DNA of 64,000 bases from positions 102,674,001-102,738,000 of the forward strand of contig NC_058373.1 in NCBI RefSeq assembly GCF_018350175.1, written 5' to 3'. Shown in pieces: positions 13,372-27,313 of the stretch. The DNA comes from Felis catus (lineage: Eukaryota). The position numbers and the translations under genes were made by a program. Under the pieces are notes generated by a model, which did not search any database, was not told the DNA's origin, and was given only the letters and a program-made list of their open reading frames with translations. Each line of letters begins with the position of its first letter. The first letter of the stretch is position 1.

Positions 13372-14243
13372 TATTTTATTTTATTTATTTTTTTCCAGCA
13401 TTATGAAAGTGTAATTGAGATAACATTATGTAAAGTACAGTGTAATGATTCGATATATGTATACTTTGCAAATAAGGTTAGTAAACATATCCATCACCTC
13501 ATACAGTTATTTTTTATGTTTTGTTGTTTTTTGCAGTGAGAACTTTTAAGATTTACTCTATTAGTAACTTTCAAGTATGTAGTATTGTTAACTGTAGCCC
13601 CAATGTTGTTCATTAGATCCCTAGAACTTACTCATCTTGTCATTGGAAGCTTGTGCCCTTTGACCACCTTCACCAATTCTCCCTCCCTCTCTTTGTAACC
13701 ACCAATCTACTTTCTGTATGTATGAGCTTGGATTTTTGAGGAACCTTTGTACTGTTTTCCATAGGGCTATACCAGTTTGCATTCCCACCAGCAGGGTGCA
13801 AGTGTTGTCTGCATAGCCTTGCCGGTGCATGTTATCTGTCTTTTTGATAATAGCCATTCTGACAGGTCAAAGGTGATATTTCATTGTGGTTTTGATTTTC
13901 ATTTTCCTGATGATTAGTGATATTGAGCACCTTTTCATGTGCCTGTTGGCCATTTGTATATCTTCTTTGGAAAAATGTCCATTCAGGTCCTTTGCCCATT
14001 AAAAATTAAAAAAAAAAATTTTTTTTAATGTTTGTTTATTTTTGAAAGAGACAGAGGGCAAGCAGGGGAGGGGCAGAGAGAGAGGGAGACACAGAATCTG
14101 AAGCAGGCTCCAGGCTAGGAGCTGTAAGCACAAAGCCTGACAGCGGGGCTCGAACTCATGGACTGTGAGATTATGACCTGTGCCAAAGTCTGATGCTTAA
14201 CTGACTGAGCCAGCCAGGTGCCCCTTTTGCCCATTTTTTAAAT

Positions 14244-14293
<50 letters not shown>

Positions 14294-15190
14294 AGTTGTA
14301 GGAATTCCATACATAATTTGGATATTAACCCCTTATTTGATACTGAGTTTACAAATATTTTCATCCCATTCCACAGGTTACTTTTTCATTTTGGTGGTAG
14401 TTTCTTTTGCTATACAGAAGTTTTTAGTTTGATGTAGTCCTACTGATTTTTGCTTTTGTTTGTTGTGCTTTTGGTGTCCTATCCAAAAATCACTGCCAAC
14501 ACCAATGTCAAGGAGCCTTGTCCTTATGTTTTCTTCTAGTAGTTTCACATTTAAACCTTTAATTCATTTCAAATTAATTTTTGTGAGTGTTGTAAGATAG
14601 GAGTTCAGTTTATTCTTTTACACGTGAATATCCCGTTTCCTCTGCACTGTTTGTTGAAAAGACTATCTTTTCCCCATTGAGTATTCTTAACTCCCTTGTC
14701 AAATACTAATTGACCAGATATGTGTGAGCTTATTTCTGGGTCCTTGATTCTGTCCCATTGCTTTATGTGTCTGTTTTTATTCTACTACCATGTTATTTTG
14801 ATTACTGTAGCCTTGTAGTATAGTTTGAAATCAGGAAGTGTGATGCCTCCAGCTTTGTTCTTCTTTCTCAAGATTGTTTTGGCTATTCTGGGTCTTCTGC
14901 GGTTCCACATGAAATTTAGGATGGTTTATTTCTGTAAGACATGCTGGTAGAATTTTGATAGAGATTGCATTGAATCTATAGCTCTAAGGCTTAGGACTGT
15001 ATGGACATTTTAACAATATTCTTCTATTCCTTGAACACATGATATCTTCCCATATATTTGTATTTTCTTCAATTCTTTCATTGTCTAACAGCTTTCAGTG
15101 TATACATCTTTCATTTCCTTGGTTGCATTTATTCTTGAGTATTTTATTGTTTCCGGTGCTATTATGAATGGGATTGTTTTCTTGTGACTA
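13372..15190 (-). mobile_element. Older L1 3' portion (L1MA/carnivore L1) with a SINEC inserted at ~14020-14224
   Basis: L1 ORF2/3'UTR text (ttgcattcccaccagcag, gatgcctccagctttgttc); minus-strand ORF fragments resemble the ORF2 C-terminus. Confidence 0.9.
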
Positions 15191-16533
15191 TATTTTAGAT
15201 TTCTTGTATCTCCTTCGAACTTCTTAAAATATATTTCTGTTGTCTGGAAGGGAGTCTTTGCAATCACAAATTTTGAAGGTGCACTGTATTCAGTGTTTTG
15301 ATTATGTTAACTAGATAGTTTATAAACAGTTTAAGAGTGTGGAAACTCAGTTGGTGAAATCTCAGAGACTTGACTTTTTCTCAGAGATTGTTCTTAATAA
15401 GGTAACTTACTGTTTTTTGTTTAGGTTGCTTATTAGGAGTGATGTCAAATCAATAGCATCAATAGGAAAAAACCCCAAAACACAACTTGTTTTTTGGCTC
15501 TTGTAGGTTTAAATGTTTGTTAAAATATAAAAGTTGTACCTGTTTCCAGTTTATGGTAGTTTTATCTGGACTATTTGATTTTTAACTTTCCATTATGTAT
15601 TCCTTTTGCAGCTTCAAGAACATAATGAAGTCCATATGGTGATAAAAAGTCCTTGATTTTGTTTTTCAGAGTACTGGTGAACACAGGATTAGTGTGTATT
15701 GTAGTTTTGAAGGTTTATTTTGAAAGAAAATCGAAAGAGAAGGGCTCAAGGATTACCTTATATGTTATAAAAAAAACCCATAAAATTATTTATGTTTTGA
15801 AATTATTTATGTCATGAAGTAAACCTTTTTTCCCCCCTTGCTGGTTGCCTTTTAGTCATCTATTTCCACAGTACTATGCGTTGAGCACTGTGTTGGTTTT
15901 ACAGACAGTAGGTAGGAGAGAAGACCATGCAGTCAGTAGGAGAGTCACTCATTTGGCATGTTAAACTTTCAGTAGTGTAAGTAAACCTTTTAATAGGACT
16001 ACAATAGGACTACATCTAACCTTAGTGTGTAAGAAGTAAGTAAAAATCTTGAGTGAATGTTGTTTTAAACCATCAGTTTTTATCAAGATCTTTCTGTTTG
16101 GTAATTCTTCAGTTTTAAAAGTCTGTGTGTCTTTCTTATGTGTATGAATGCTCTTAACATGATTTGTAATTTCCTCAGTTCTTCCTAATCTCTCTGGTCT
16201 TTTATATTTTTAATTCTCTGGTCTTTTAATTCTTTGTGTGATTTCTTTTATGCATCTAATACCTGAAAATTTTTTTATAGTCTCTCACATTTTTCTGTTT
16301 GGGATTCTTGGGGGTATAATCCCTATTTGTAAGTTTACCTTCAGCAGGGGTGTATCTGAAAATGCTGTACTGTGCAGGCTAGATTGGGTAGAAGGAATTT
16401 TTTTCCCAGAGGATTTCATGACCTTGGCACTACTTTTGTTTAACTAATTTTTGGTAGAAGAGGTGAGAGTATTCTGGACTGGCAGAGACTATGGATGCAA
16501 ATCTCCCAGCCCATGGTTATAAAATCTTTATGA

Positions 16534-16565
<32 letters not shown>

Positions 16566-16882
16566 AGCTTTTGAGTGGTAGGAAAAGTGGGACAAGCTTT
16601 CTCTCTTCCTCTTAATTTACCATTTGCTGACTGTAGACCTTTTGAAAATCTGTTTTTCATACCTCATTTCCCCTTTTCCAGCTGCAGTTCAGTGTCGTGT
16701 CTTTAAGTGTCTTTACCTTTCATTTCCCATTTGATTTTCCCTCTTCCTTAGGATTTCCCTTAATTACCAGAAAATTTGTCTATTTTAGAGCAAAACAGTT
16801 TTTGTTATATTTAATTGGAAGAGTTTTCGCTCATATGGCTAGACATGGATTCCTCAATTTAGTTTTTAAAAGTTGCAATTTA

Positions 16883-17045
16883 GGGCGCCTGGGTGGCTCA
16901 GTTGGTTGAGTGTCTGGCTTTGGTTGTGAGTTTGAGCCTCACATAGGGCTCTGCTGTCAGCCTGCTTCAGAACCTCTGTCCCCCTCTCTCTGCCCCTCCC
17001 TGGTGCTCTCTCTCTCTCTTCCAAAAGTAAATAAAACATTTAAAA
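16883..17045 (+). mobile_element. SINEC (internally deleted)
   Basis: gggcgcctgggtggctcagttgg...(CT)n, A tail. Confidence 0.88.
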
Positions 17046-17978
17046 TATCAGTAAAAGTCACAATTTAATTCATAATTTAAAAATATAATTAAATTTACCT
17101 TATGTTATAAAACTAATATGTGTGCATGATGGGAAAATGTAAACATTTTGAAGGATGTAAGATGAAAAGTTACTAAGAAAAGCACCAAGAAGTCGCCGTA
17201 GAGTTAATGGTTTCTCATGTGTCCTGGGAATTTTCTAAGCATGTATGAGCATGATTCTGTCATGTAAAAGGGAATTTTCTCTCTGTACCACTCTACAACT
17301 TGCTTTTTATGTATGTTTGATTTATTTACAATATATTTTTTTAGTGACCATATTACATGTGAGGCTACCACAGGCTTATTTAGTCATTTCCCTAATGCCG
17401 GACATAGGTTCTTAGTTTTTACAAAGTTATATTGCTAACAGTGAACACTTATGGGTATATCTTTGTAATTGCGTGATTATATCTATAGTATATAGATAAT
17501 CTAGTAGTAGTTTTAACAAGAAAGTGAATTTTCTCTGTTGAAGGGTATGTACTATTTTTATACTTTAAGATTTTTCCAAATTTTTCTTTAAGATCGTACT
17601 AGTAGTTATAACCAGACTAACACTAAATCAGAGTGTTGTGTTTCATACTCCCTGGTCCATGTGTTACTTTTTTTAGACAGTTTTATCGAGGTGTAGTTGA
17701 CACACAATAAATGGCATATATTTAAAGCATACAGTATGATCAATTGTGACACAAGTGTACATTGGTGAAACCACCATAGTCATGATCCTCCATACCCTTT
17801 TGATCCTCATTTGCACATTTTCCTGCCCTGCCAGCCTGAGTGTGAATTTGCATTTAATAGAAATTAATTTAATGTGACCGAGGTTGCATTATTTAAAAAT
17901 ACACTTAGTGGACGTCTTTTTTTTCCTTTGAGAACCTTCTAAACATGTCCTTTTGGGTTTATCTTTTTCTCACATTTT

Positions 17979-19722
17979 TTTAATTTGTTTTTTTAATTTA
18001 CCTCCAAGTTAGCATATAGTGCAATGATGATTTCAGGAATAGATTCTTTAATGCCTCTTACCCATTTAGCCCATCCCCCCTCCCACAACCCCCTCCAGTA
18101 ACCCTCTGTTTGTTCTCCATATTTCAGAGTCTCTTATGTTTTTGTCCCCCTCTCTGTTTTTATATTTTTTTACTTCCCTTCCGTTCATCTGTGTTGTATC
18201 TTAAAGTCCTCATATGAGTGAAGTTCTATGATATTTGTCTTTCTCTAATTTCACTTAGCATGATACCCTCCAGTTCCATCCACGTAGTTGCAAATGGCAA
18301 GATTTCATTCTTTTTGATTGCCGTGTAGTACTCCATTGTATATATATACCACATCTTTATCCGTTCATCCATCAATGGACATTTGGGCTCTTTCCATCCT
18401 TTGGTTATTGTTGATAGTGCTGCCAAAAACACCATAGAAGTGGGGTGCATGTGCCCCTTCGAAACAGCATACCTGTATCACTTGGATAAATACTTATTAG
18501 TGCAATTTCTGGGTCTTAGGGTAGTTCTATTTTTAATTTTTTGAGGAACCTCCATACTGTTTTCCAGAGTGGCTGCACCAGTTTGCATTCCCACCAGCAG
18601 TGCAAAAGAGATCCTCTTTCTCCGCATCCTCGCCAACATCTGTTGTTGCCTGAATTGTCAGTGTGAGCCATTCTGACAGGTGTGAGGTGGTATCTCATTG
18701 TGGTTTTGTGTTTCGCTGATGATGAGTGATGTTGAACATTTTTTCATGTGTCAGTTGGCCATCTGGATGTCTTCTTTGGAGAAGTGTCTATTCATGTCTT
18801 TTGCCCATTTCTTCACTGGATTATTTGTTTTTTGGGTGTTGAGTTTGATAAGTTCTTTATAGATTTTGGATACTAACGCTTTATCTGATATGTCATTTGC
18901 AAAAATCTTCTCCCATTCTGTGTGTTGTCTTTTAGTTTTGCTGATTGTTTCTTCGCTGTGCAGAAGCTTTTTATTTTGATGAGGTCTCAGTAGTTCATTT
19001 TGCTTTTGTTTCCCTTGCCTCTGGAGACGTGTTGAGTAGGAAGTTTCTGCGGCCAAGGTCAAAGAGGTTTTTGCCTGCTTTCTCCTCGAGGATTTTGATG
19101 GCTTCCTGTCTTACATTTAGGTCTTTCATCCATTTTGACTTTATTTTTGTGTAGGTGTGAGAAAGTGGTCCAGGTTCATTTTTCTGCATGTCACCGTCCA
19201 GTTTTCCCAGCACCACTTACTGAAGAGACTGTCTTTATTCCATTGAATATTCTTTCCTGCTTTGTCAAAGGTTAGATGGCCATACATTTGTGGGCCCATT
19301 TCTGGGTTCTCTATTCTGTTCCATTGATCTGAGTGTCTGTTCTTGTGCCAGTACCATATTGTCTTGATTACAGCTTTGTAATACAGCTTCAAGTCTGGGA
19401 TGCTTCCTGCTTTGGTTTTCTTATTCAAGATTGCTTTGGCTATTCGGGGTCTTTTCTGATTCCATACAAATTTAGGGTTGTTTGTTCTAGCTCTGTGAAG
19501 AATGCCAGAGCTGTTATTTTGATAGGTATTGCACTAAATATGTAGATTGCTTTGGATAGTATTGACATTTTGACAATATTTGCTCTTCCTATCCTGGAGC
19601 GTGGAATATTTTTCCATTTGTTTGTATCTTCAATTTCTTTTCATAAACTTTCTATAGTTTCAGTGTATAGATTTTCACTTCTTTTATTAGATTTATTCCT
19701 AGGTATTTTATGGTTTTTGGTG
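17979..19722 (-). mobile_element. 5'-truncated felid L1 (~1.7 kb): ORF2 C-terminus (frameshifted) plus 3'UTR
   Basis: ORF fragments [57 protein letters not shown] at 17962-17978 and 19723-19739. Confidence 0.96.
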
Positions 19723-20559
19723 TCTTTTTCTCACATTTTAAGGGGTTAAAAGGGGTTAAGGCAATCAGACCTTGGTCGTTTTTTGGAATTTAGTCACTTT
19801 TCTTTTGCCATACAAGTCTTTAACATGTTTTCTAGTCAGATTTCCCAGGTTTTTCCTTTACAGCACTAGGTTTTACATGAGACCAAGAAAAGCCTTTTAC
19901 GAAATAGAATTATTTTACAATGCAGAGAAATAGACTTGTGTGTTCTAGTTCTTTCCTGGTTTAATTTTTAAACTGTTAAAACCAAAATTTATATTACTGA
20001 GGTGTAGGGACTTCGTTTCCCCTGAAAATGGCTGTCATTTGTGTCAGTACTACTTATTAATCTACATTTTTTACATGTTGACTTGAAATGGCTTGTTGAT
20101 TATATACTAAACTTTTCATATGTATTTGGTCTATTTCTACTGTGTTTATTTGGCTGTTCTTGGGCACGTTTTAAAAATTCTTGTTTAATAAGTGAAGCTT
20201 TTTTAGTAGTTCCCTCAGAGTGTTTTTGAGTAGTATTTGACATTCTTGTCATTTGCATTTCATTTTTAGTTTGTAAAATGATGTTTTTTAGTTTGGGAAT
20301 AGGCAAGAATAAACACATTTTATCATTTTAGTACTTTCATTGTTGAGTGACCTAAGTTGATGCACTTAAAAGTTATTTTAGCAGCCTGTTATGTTCAACT
20401 TTAAAACTCCAGTCAGACTTTCCTAAGGGATGACAGGTTTTGAAGTAAGTTTTGTTTGCTGGTAAGTTTAATTGCTGCCAGATACCAGTTATTAAAACTA
20501 CTTTTTGGTAGTGGGAATGGACCTATTTGGTGAGGTTAGGCAGAAATAGGACCACAGAA

Positions 20560-20750
20560 TGAAGTTACAGGGAGAGAAGATTTTGGATCGAAACTAGGAA
20601 AAATGTTCTAATAGCTTTCTAAAGATATAAAAGGGGATTTGGGGAAGTGTTCATCCCAGGTTTTCAAGTAGGCTCACTGATGATTCAGCTGGGTTCAGTC
20701 TTTGAATGGCTAATTGGATTATGTGGCCTTTCTAACAAACCCAAAAATTG
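20560..20750 (+). mobile_element. L3/CR1 3' fragment
   Basis: aggaaaaatgttctaatag...ttttcaagtaggctc...ggattatgtggcctttctaac resembles the CR1 3' end. Confidence 0.5.
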
Positions 20751-22329
20751 TGTGAAAAAGTAAAAGTTAGGATTGTAGATGTTAGGGGAAAGAAGTCTTC
20801 TGTATATGGTACAGCTATTTTACAATTACATTGTTGATGTGAATTTCATGTTCTAATATTAATGTTTGAACAGTTTGATTTATGTTTTGTCTTTGGAAAC
20901 TATTGATTTGAAATACTGAGTATTTAAAGTGTGCTTTTTGTATTAAATAAAGCTTTTGATTTGTCTGGTTATCAAAAGTTAGATTTCTTTACAAATAAAC
21001 TTTTAACCTGCCTGTGGAGGTATCTTTAAATGAGCAGTGTTGCTTCCTGAGAAAATGGACTAGTTTGGGCTTTCTAGGGAAGCAGAAGTCTGAAAGATAC
21101 TGGTTTAACTTTCAGCAGCTACCAGCTTTGTAGATCTTTTTTAATTTCTTGAAAGAGCGGTTCATACTGATTTATCTATTCTTGTGTTATAGAAAAAAAA
21201 AGTTTGGCTAAAAAAATAGAAGTTTCATATATTGTGACATACCTATTGGAGAAATTAAATTTTATTACTCATCTCTGGCATTAGTTGAATTTGTTTCAGA
21301 TTAGGGTAGCAGTACTTCAGAATGGGTATTGCTTGAAATAACTTAAGAAGTATGTGAATAAGGTGTGAGTCATAGAAATAACTGTGTTGCAGTTTAAAAG
21401 GAGAAATTGCACCACAGCTTTGAGATTTCAGCGTAGTCTATAAAGTTAATTTTAGACAAGTTACTGTAAATGGAGTTCCCATGTCAGGCAACTCTGTTTC
21501 ATTTACTAGATTATCTTTTAGTTACTTTGAGTTTTTTCCCTCTTGTTTTAAAAGATAAGTTTACAATTGTACTGTGGGCTCTGGGGCCATTATACTTTTG
21601 GTGTAGTGACTGACGAGAGAGTGGAAATTTAGATGGGTTTTTATATTTTGATGGCTGTTTGAGGAAATGGCTAATGTTTGGTTTTTCTCTTTTCTTTTTC
21701 TTATTAATTTGAAGAATCAAGTTTTTAAAAATCATTGCAGGTGTAATACACCTGTAAACTTTTAACCATATACAACTACAAAATAGATTGAATCTTTTTA
21801 TTTTCTTGCATTTTCTTAAGTACTTTATACATTTTCTTATGTTTAAAACTTTGGATGTTTTTTGATGTAAATGATCAGTAGCCTTTACTGACTTGAAATA
21901 ATGTAAACTAAATTTTTATCTATTTGGATCTGTTTTAGATGGATTTCCACTACTATCTGTTCTTTTAACTTTATCACATTGTAGTATACTGTGGTTTCCT
22001 TTTAATTGTTAGATTGTCTCCTATGTCACAGAATTCTGTGAATGTGTACCTAGAGAGTTAAGTACTCTAGGGTTTTAGGAGGAGAACTAGCTGTAGGAAT
22101 GGTATTTGAGCTGGAAGAGTAGAGCCACATGGAGACTCAGGTTTGGTTTTTTTATGCTCTGGTTTATAGATAATATGTGCTTTACTTCTGCAACAAGATC
22201 ATTTAAAGTCGGCAAATCAATTTGTACAACACTGCTAAGCATCCTGCGTTCTCCATTCAAGTTTTTAAATTTAAGTGGAGAATCAAAGTTATAAGGAATA
22301 AAAATTTAACAATATAGTAACCATAATGT

Positions 22330-23790
22330 GTTTCTGTGTGTCCTCCAATACCACCATTTTTACTCTTTCTCTGGACTACAACTTTGTTTCCCATTTCATT
22401 AAGAAAATAGTAGCATTGAGGAAGAGGATTTTCACAAACTTCTATACCATATCTACTTGCTTGCCTGTGCCTATATACTCTTTCTTCCTTATGTTTTTAC
22501 AGAAGATTGTACTTCCATCTAAGGCCATGCTTTCTACTTGTACATCAAATCCTATTCTTTCTTGCCATTTGAAAGCATTGTCCTTCATTCTCCTGCATCA
22601 TCGGTCTTACTGTTTCTACTGGATCATCTTTGTCAGCATATTAACATGCTGTAGTTTCTTCTATTTTTAAAACTCAAGCTCTCAAGCTCATATATCCTTC
22701 CAGCTTCCATTTCATTTCTCTCATCTCTTCATAGAAAATCTCCTCTAAAGAGTTGTCCACACTTGCTGGAGTACTTACTTTTGAATTTATTTTAGTCAGG
22801 TTTTGATCACAACTATTCTACTGCTTTGGCCAAAATCACCAGTGAAGTCTGTGTTGCTAAACCCAGCAGTCACTTTCTAGCTTTCATTGTACTTTATTAC
22901 CGACACCAGTTGATAAAGTTGATTGGTCTCTCCTCCTTGATAACACTGTTTAGCCACTAGGGTAGCATCCTCCTGATTTTCTTTAATTGGCTTTAAGTAT
23001 ATAATTCATTTTGCTTGAATACTCCTAAATTTGTATCTCCAGCCTGCAGGTCTCACCTGTCACATACTCTTGTTTAGCTATCTGCTGGGCATCTCCACCT
23101 CTCTAAAAGCTATCTCCTAATCTTCAACCCCAGTCATGTCCTTTCCACATTTCTCTCATCTCAGTAGAGGACAACTCTGTTGTTTGGCATAGTCTAAAAT
23201 TTTTGGAGTTGACATTGTCTTTGCTTGTACTCTCGTGCCCCAGATTCTAGTTCTCAGCAAATCATCTGGTCTCTACTTTCAAAATGTATGCAGAATTTGA
23301 CAACTTCTTACTACTTCCCTTGTCACCAACTTGCTCTAATCATCTCCTGCTTAGATTATTTCACTTGTCTCTTAACAGTTTTCCCTGCTTTCAGCTTCCC
23401 CTACATCTTTTTATACTCAGAACCCTTTACTAGTTTCCCATGTTACTCAGAGTCCAAGCCGTAGTCCCTCTAGTTGCCTTTAAGAGACTGCATGATTTGT
23501 TTGCTGTGCCTGTCCCCTTCACATGGTCTCTTTAACTTCATCTTCTACTTTTTATCTTTATTGTACTTGAATTACACTGTCCTTATTGTTCTTGCTCAAT
23601 TATGTCATGTATTTTCCTATCTCCTATACTGTGTATTAATTGCTGGCCTGTCTTCCCTTTAGTAGAATGATGGACATAAAAGGGCAAGGATTGTAGCTTT
23701 TCTTTTTTTATTGTTGTTTATTTTAGAGAATCCTAGAAAACAGTGCTGACATATAATTGGTGCTAAGTGACTCTAGAATGAATGAAAACC
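22330..23790. mobile_element. LINE-2 fragments
   Basis: tccatctaaggcc, aaaatcaccagtga, ends gaatgaatgaa. Confidence 0.7.
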
Positions 23791-24838
23791 TATTGTGGAA
23801 GACCATAGTTGTAAAGATACATTCATAGGTATGATTTGAGCTGAGTTTTAAAGGATAAGTGAAGATTTCAAACAGAGGATAAGGCAAAGTTTTTTAGATT
23901 TGACTGTAGGGAGGAGGTGTGATAGGACTTGTTTGAAAAGTGACTTCGGTTTCTTGATTCAGAACCTGTGGTAGTTTCTTACTGCTGATTTTGTCTCCAT
24001 TGACTGCTGATCTTCTCCACCTGGTTGTATTTCGTATTCATAATCATGTCTAAAATTCCCAGACATGAACCCATTCCTGTATTCTTGATCTTGGCAAGTG
24101 GTTTATCCATTTATGGACCCTTCTAAGTTAGAAATGAAGAATTGTGGTAGACTCCTCCCTCACTTTGTGCTCTTAAGAGTTACCTTGTCCCTGTTAGTTG
24201 TTCCACCCAAGTGTGTCTGTCTGCATTGACTTAATTCACTCTCATCAGATCTCTTTGGCCTATTAAAATGTTAATTTTAATTGGCCTCCTTGCATTTATG
24301 TTCACTTGTCCATTGGATTTAAAATTTTGATATTTTTTATTTGTAGAAGTTCTGTTTGATTCATATCTACCCAGGCTACTCTGGGAGCCTGTATTTTCCC
24401 AGTTCCCTCTTATTTGTCTGAGTGTATGTTGTAATCTATTAGTTCCAGTATCTTAAATCTTAAAGGGATCTAATTCCTTAGTTTGTTTTTGTTGCCTCTT
24501 GCTCCTAGTAGCTTATCTTATGTTCTGTCATTTTGGATGGTGAGCTTTTATCTGGATGACAGTCTTTGGAAATCTGGAGGAGCCTGGCTTAGGGGAGCAT
24601 TCCACCAGAAAGGATGGGCATTTACTTCTAGCCACAGGCACTGTGGGCACCACCAACTTGGAACCACTTACATTTTTTGGCTTGGTATTCCAAGGTCGTG
24701 CAGGTAATTTGAACATTAAGAACTTTGTAAGAAAAGACCCCTGGAGCCAAGGCTGAATTGGGACCAAAAGTCAAGATTCTCAACTTCATTTTAATGCTTT
24801 ATTATGTTGCTATTCATTGGTTTTAAAGTTTATTTTTG

Positions 24839-25018
24839 TGGGGTACCTGGGTGGCTCAACTGGTTAAGTGAAAAACTCTTGGTTTTATCTCAGGTTATAA
24901 TCTCACAGTTCATGAGTTTGAGCCCCACATTGGGCTCTGTGCTGACAGTGCTGAGCCTGCCTGGGATCCTCTCTCTCTGCCACCCCTCCACCCCCAGTAA
25001 ATAGATAAATTAAAAAAA
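24839..25018 (+). mobile_element. SINEC
   Basis: ggggtacctgggtggctcaactggttaag...A-rich tail. Confidence 0.88.
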
Positions 25019-25613
25019 TACTTAATTTTGCTTAGGATGTGTCTGGAATATAACATGCGTATTGTATTTGAAGATTAGTAACAACACAGTGTGTACTCCT
25101 AAATTTTAGTAAGAGTTCAGAAAATATTATAGATACTTCTGTTGTGGAATGGAAATCGGATTAAATGATACTGGTCCACCAAATAATAGACTTTATCATT
25201 GTAGAGTACTTGCCATAAACTGTTTTTCTTAAAAAGATTAACTTGTACATTTAAAATAATAACTGTAAGATGTTATTGTGGATTTAAAGGAAGGGAAACA
25301 TGGTATGAACAGTGGCATGTTTGGAATGCAAACTATTTAGATTCAGTGTGATCAGGTTACAGATTTTTTTTTTTTTAAATGAGCACTGTTTTTATAAAGA
25401 ACCTGTAATAAGAGTTTTCAGCATAGGCTTCACAGCTACTTATAAAATTTTAACTATGTTGTATATTGAGTAAAGCCTCTGAAGGCTACTCTGGGAGCCT
25501 GTATATGTTTTAAAGGTGGGTTTATTTAGTTGTCCAGACAGTATTATACAGGAGCTTCTTTGAAATTTTGTATTCTTGGGTTGAAAACTACCATTCCCTC
25601 AATTGATTGCCAT

Positions 25614-25614
<1 letters not shown>

Positions 25615-25666
<52 letters not shown>
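25615..25666. repeat. (TATC)13 microsatellite
   Basis: Perfect tetranucleotide run. Confidence 0.97.
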
Positions 25667-26009
25667 AGACATGCCGACCTAGTATGTTTGGTGTACATCA
25701 GTGGGAAGAAATTGACTTTCAGTTTGTTTGGATTTTAGTTTTGAATTTTGTTACATTTTTCCTAATAGTTCTTTGAGTCATCCCAGTTGACAAAATTTTA
25801 ACAATTGAAGAACAGAAGAATTTATAAAATTAAGTTTTGCCCTGTGTTTTAAATATTTTAGTTTAAAGAAAATGATGGCAGAAGCAAGAGTACCTGAAAT
25901 GCCATGGTAGTAAGAAAGTAGAATTCAAACTCTTATGTTTACGTGAAGTTCAGTAGTATACTGACCAGACTGCTTTAGTTTTCCCTCCTCATAACATGTA
26001 AGCAATTCC

Positions 26010-26204
26010 TTTTTGTGTGTTTATTTATTTATTTTGAAGGGGGGTGCGTGTGAGTGGGGGAGGGGACAGAAGGAGAGAAAATCTTCAGCAGGTCCACACT
26101 GAGCATGGAGCCTTATGTGGGGCTCCATCCCACGACCCTGGGATCATGACCTGAGCCAAAATCAAGGGCCGGACACTTAACCAACTGAGCCACCCAGGCA
26201 CCCC
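26010..26204 (-). mobile_element. SINEC
   Basis: SINE body; flanks tttgtgt(g)tttattt duplicated. Confidence 0.88.
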
Positions 26205-26297
26205 TCTTTGTGTTTATTTAAACTTTTAAGAGTGTAATGTGCATTCAGGATGGTTACTTAAATTTCTGTTTTGATGTAGAAGAAATTTAAAAAGTTC

Positions 26298-26610
26298 AAC
26301 AGTTAAGCAGGGGTTTGAGACAATCGAAGATCCCTGTTTAAATTGACTACCCCAAAACTTAACTAATAGCCTATTGTTGACTGGGACAGTTGACATATTT
26401 TATGTGTTATATGATTATATGCTGTATTCTTACAGTAAAGTAAGCTAAAGAATATGTTTCTTAAGATGTTATAAGGAAGAGAAAATACATTATAGCACTG
26501 TATTATATTTATAGATAATATAAGTTGATGTATGTATTGACAAAAAGCTGTGTGTATGTGGACCACCTACACAGTTGAAACCTGTGTTGTTCGAAGGTCA
26601 GCTAGCTGTA
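26298..26610. mobile_element. Tigger2/MER8-like DNA transposon fossil
   Basis: aaaacttaactaatagcctattgttgac, tgtattcttacagtaaagtaagcta, terminal gtgttgttcgaaggtcagct...gta. Confidence 0.75.
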
Positions 26611-26790
26611 CATTAAAAATATTTGTAATCTCACTCTAAAAAATGACTCTCACTTTCTCTGTATAGTCTCAGGTTATATCTATATATATGTAATTGTGCT
26701 CAGCATAAGTAGTTTTTAGTTTTTTTGTTATTGTAGTGTATTTTGCTGCATTACACTGTCTTAATTATTTTAAATGGTGTGATTTTTATT

Positions 26791-27313
26791 TTAAAGATTT
26801 TTTAAATTTTTTAAATTTTTATTTAATTTTGAGAGCAAGCACGCGAGTAGGGAAGGGGCAGAGAGAGAGAGGGAGACACAGAATCTGAAGCAGTCTCCAA
26901 GTTTCAAGCTGTCAGCACAGAGCTCCACATGGGGCTTGAATTCACAAACTTTGAGATCATGACCTGAGCCAAAGTCAGACACTTAAACTGACTGAGGCAC
27001 TGGGTGCCCCAATTTTTTTTAATTATTATTTTTTTAATGTTTATTTTTGAAAAACTGTGAGTGGGGTAGGGGCAGGGGGGGGGCACAGAGGATACAAAGT
27101 GGGCTCTGTGCTGACAATAGAGAGCCCAATGCGGGGCTTGAACTCATGAACCATGATCATGACCTGAGCAGAAATTGGACGCTTAACCAACTGAGCCACC
27201 CAGGCATCCCTAAGATTTTTTTATTTTTAAATGATCTCTGTACCCAATGTGGGGCTCAAACTTACAACCCTGAGATCAAGAGTCATGTGCTCTATTGACT
27301 GAGCCAGCCAGGT
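26791..27313 (-). mobile_element. Cluster of three SINEs
   Basis: SINE bodies end at ~27010, ~27210 and ~27313, each preceded by a T tail. Confidence 0.92.

Noticed and set aside
18226..19428. Several minus-strand ORFs with reverse-transcriptase-family C-terminal motifs
   Set aside because: Frameshifted pieces of L1 ORF2 in a 5'-truncated, non-autonomous element.
24483..24790. Overlapping short ORFs suggesting a processed pseudogene
   Set aside because: No recognisable protein; the sequence resembles a degenerate old L1/HAL1 fragment; no poly-A or TSD.
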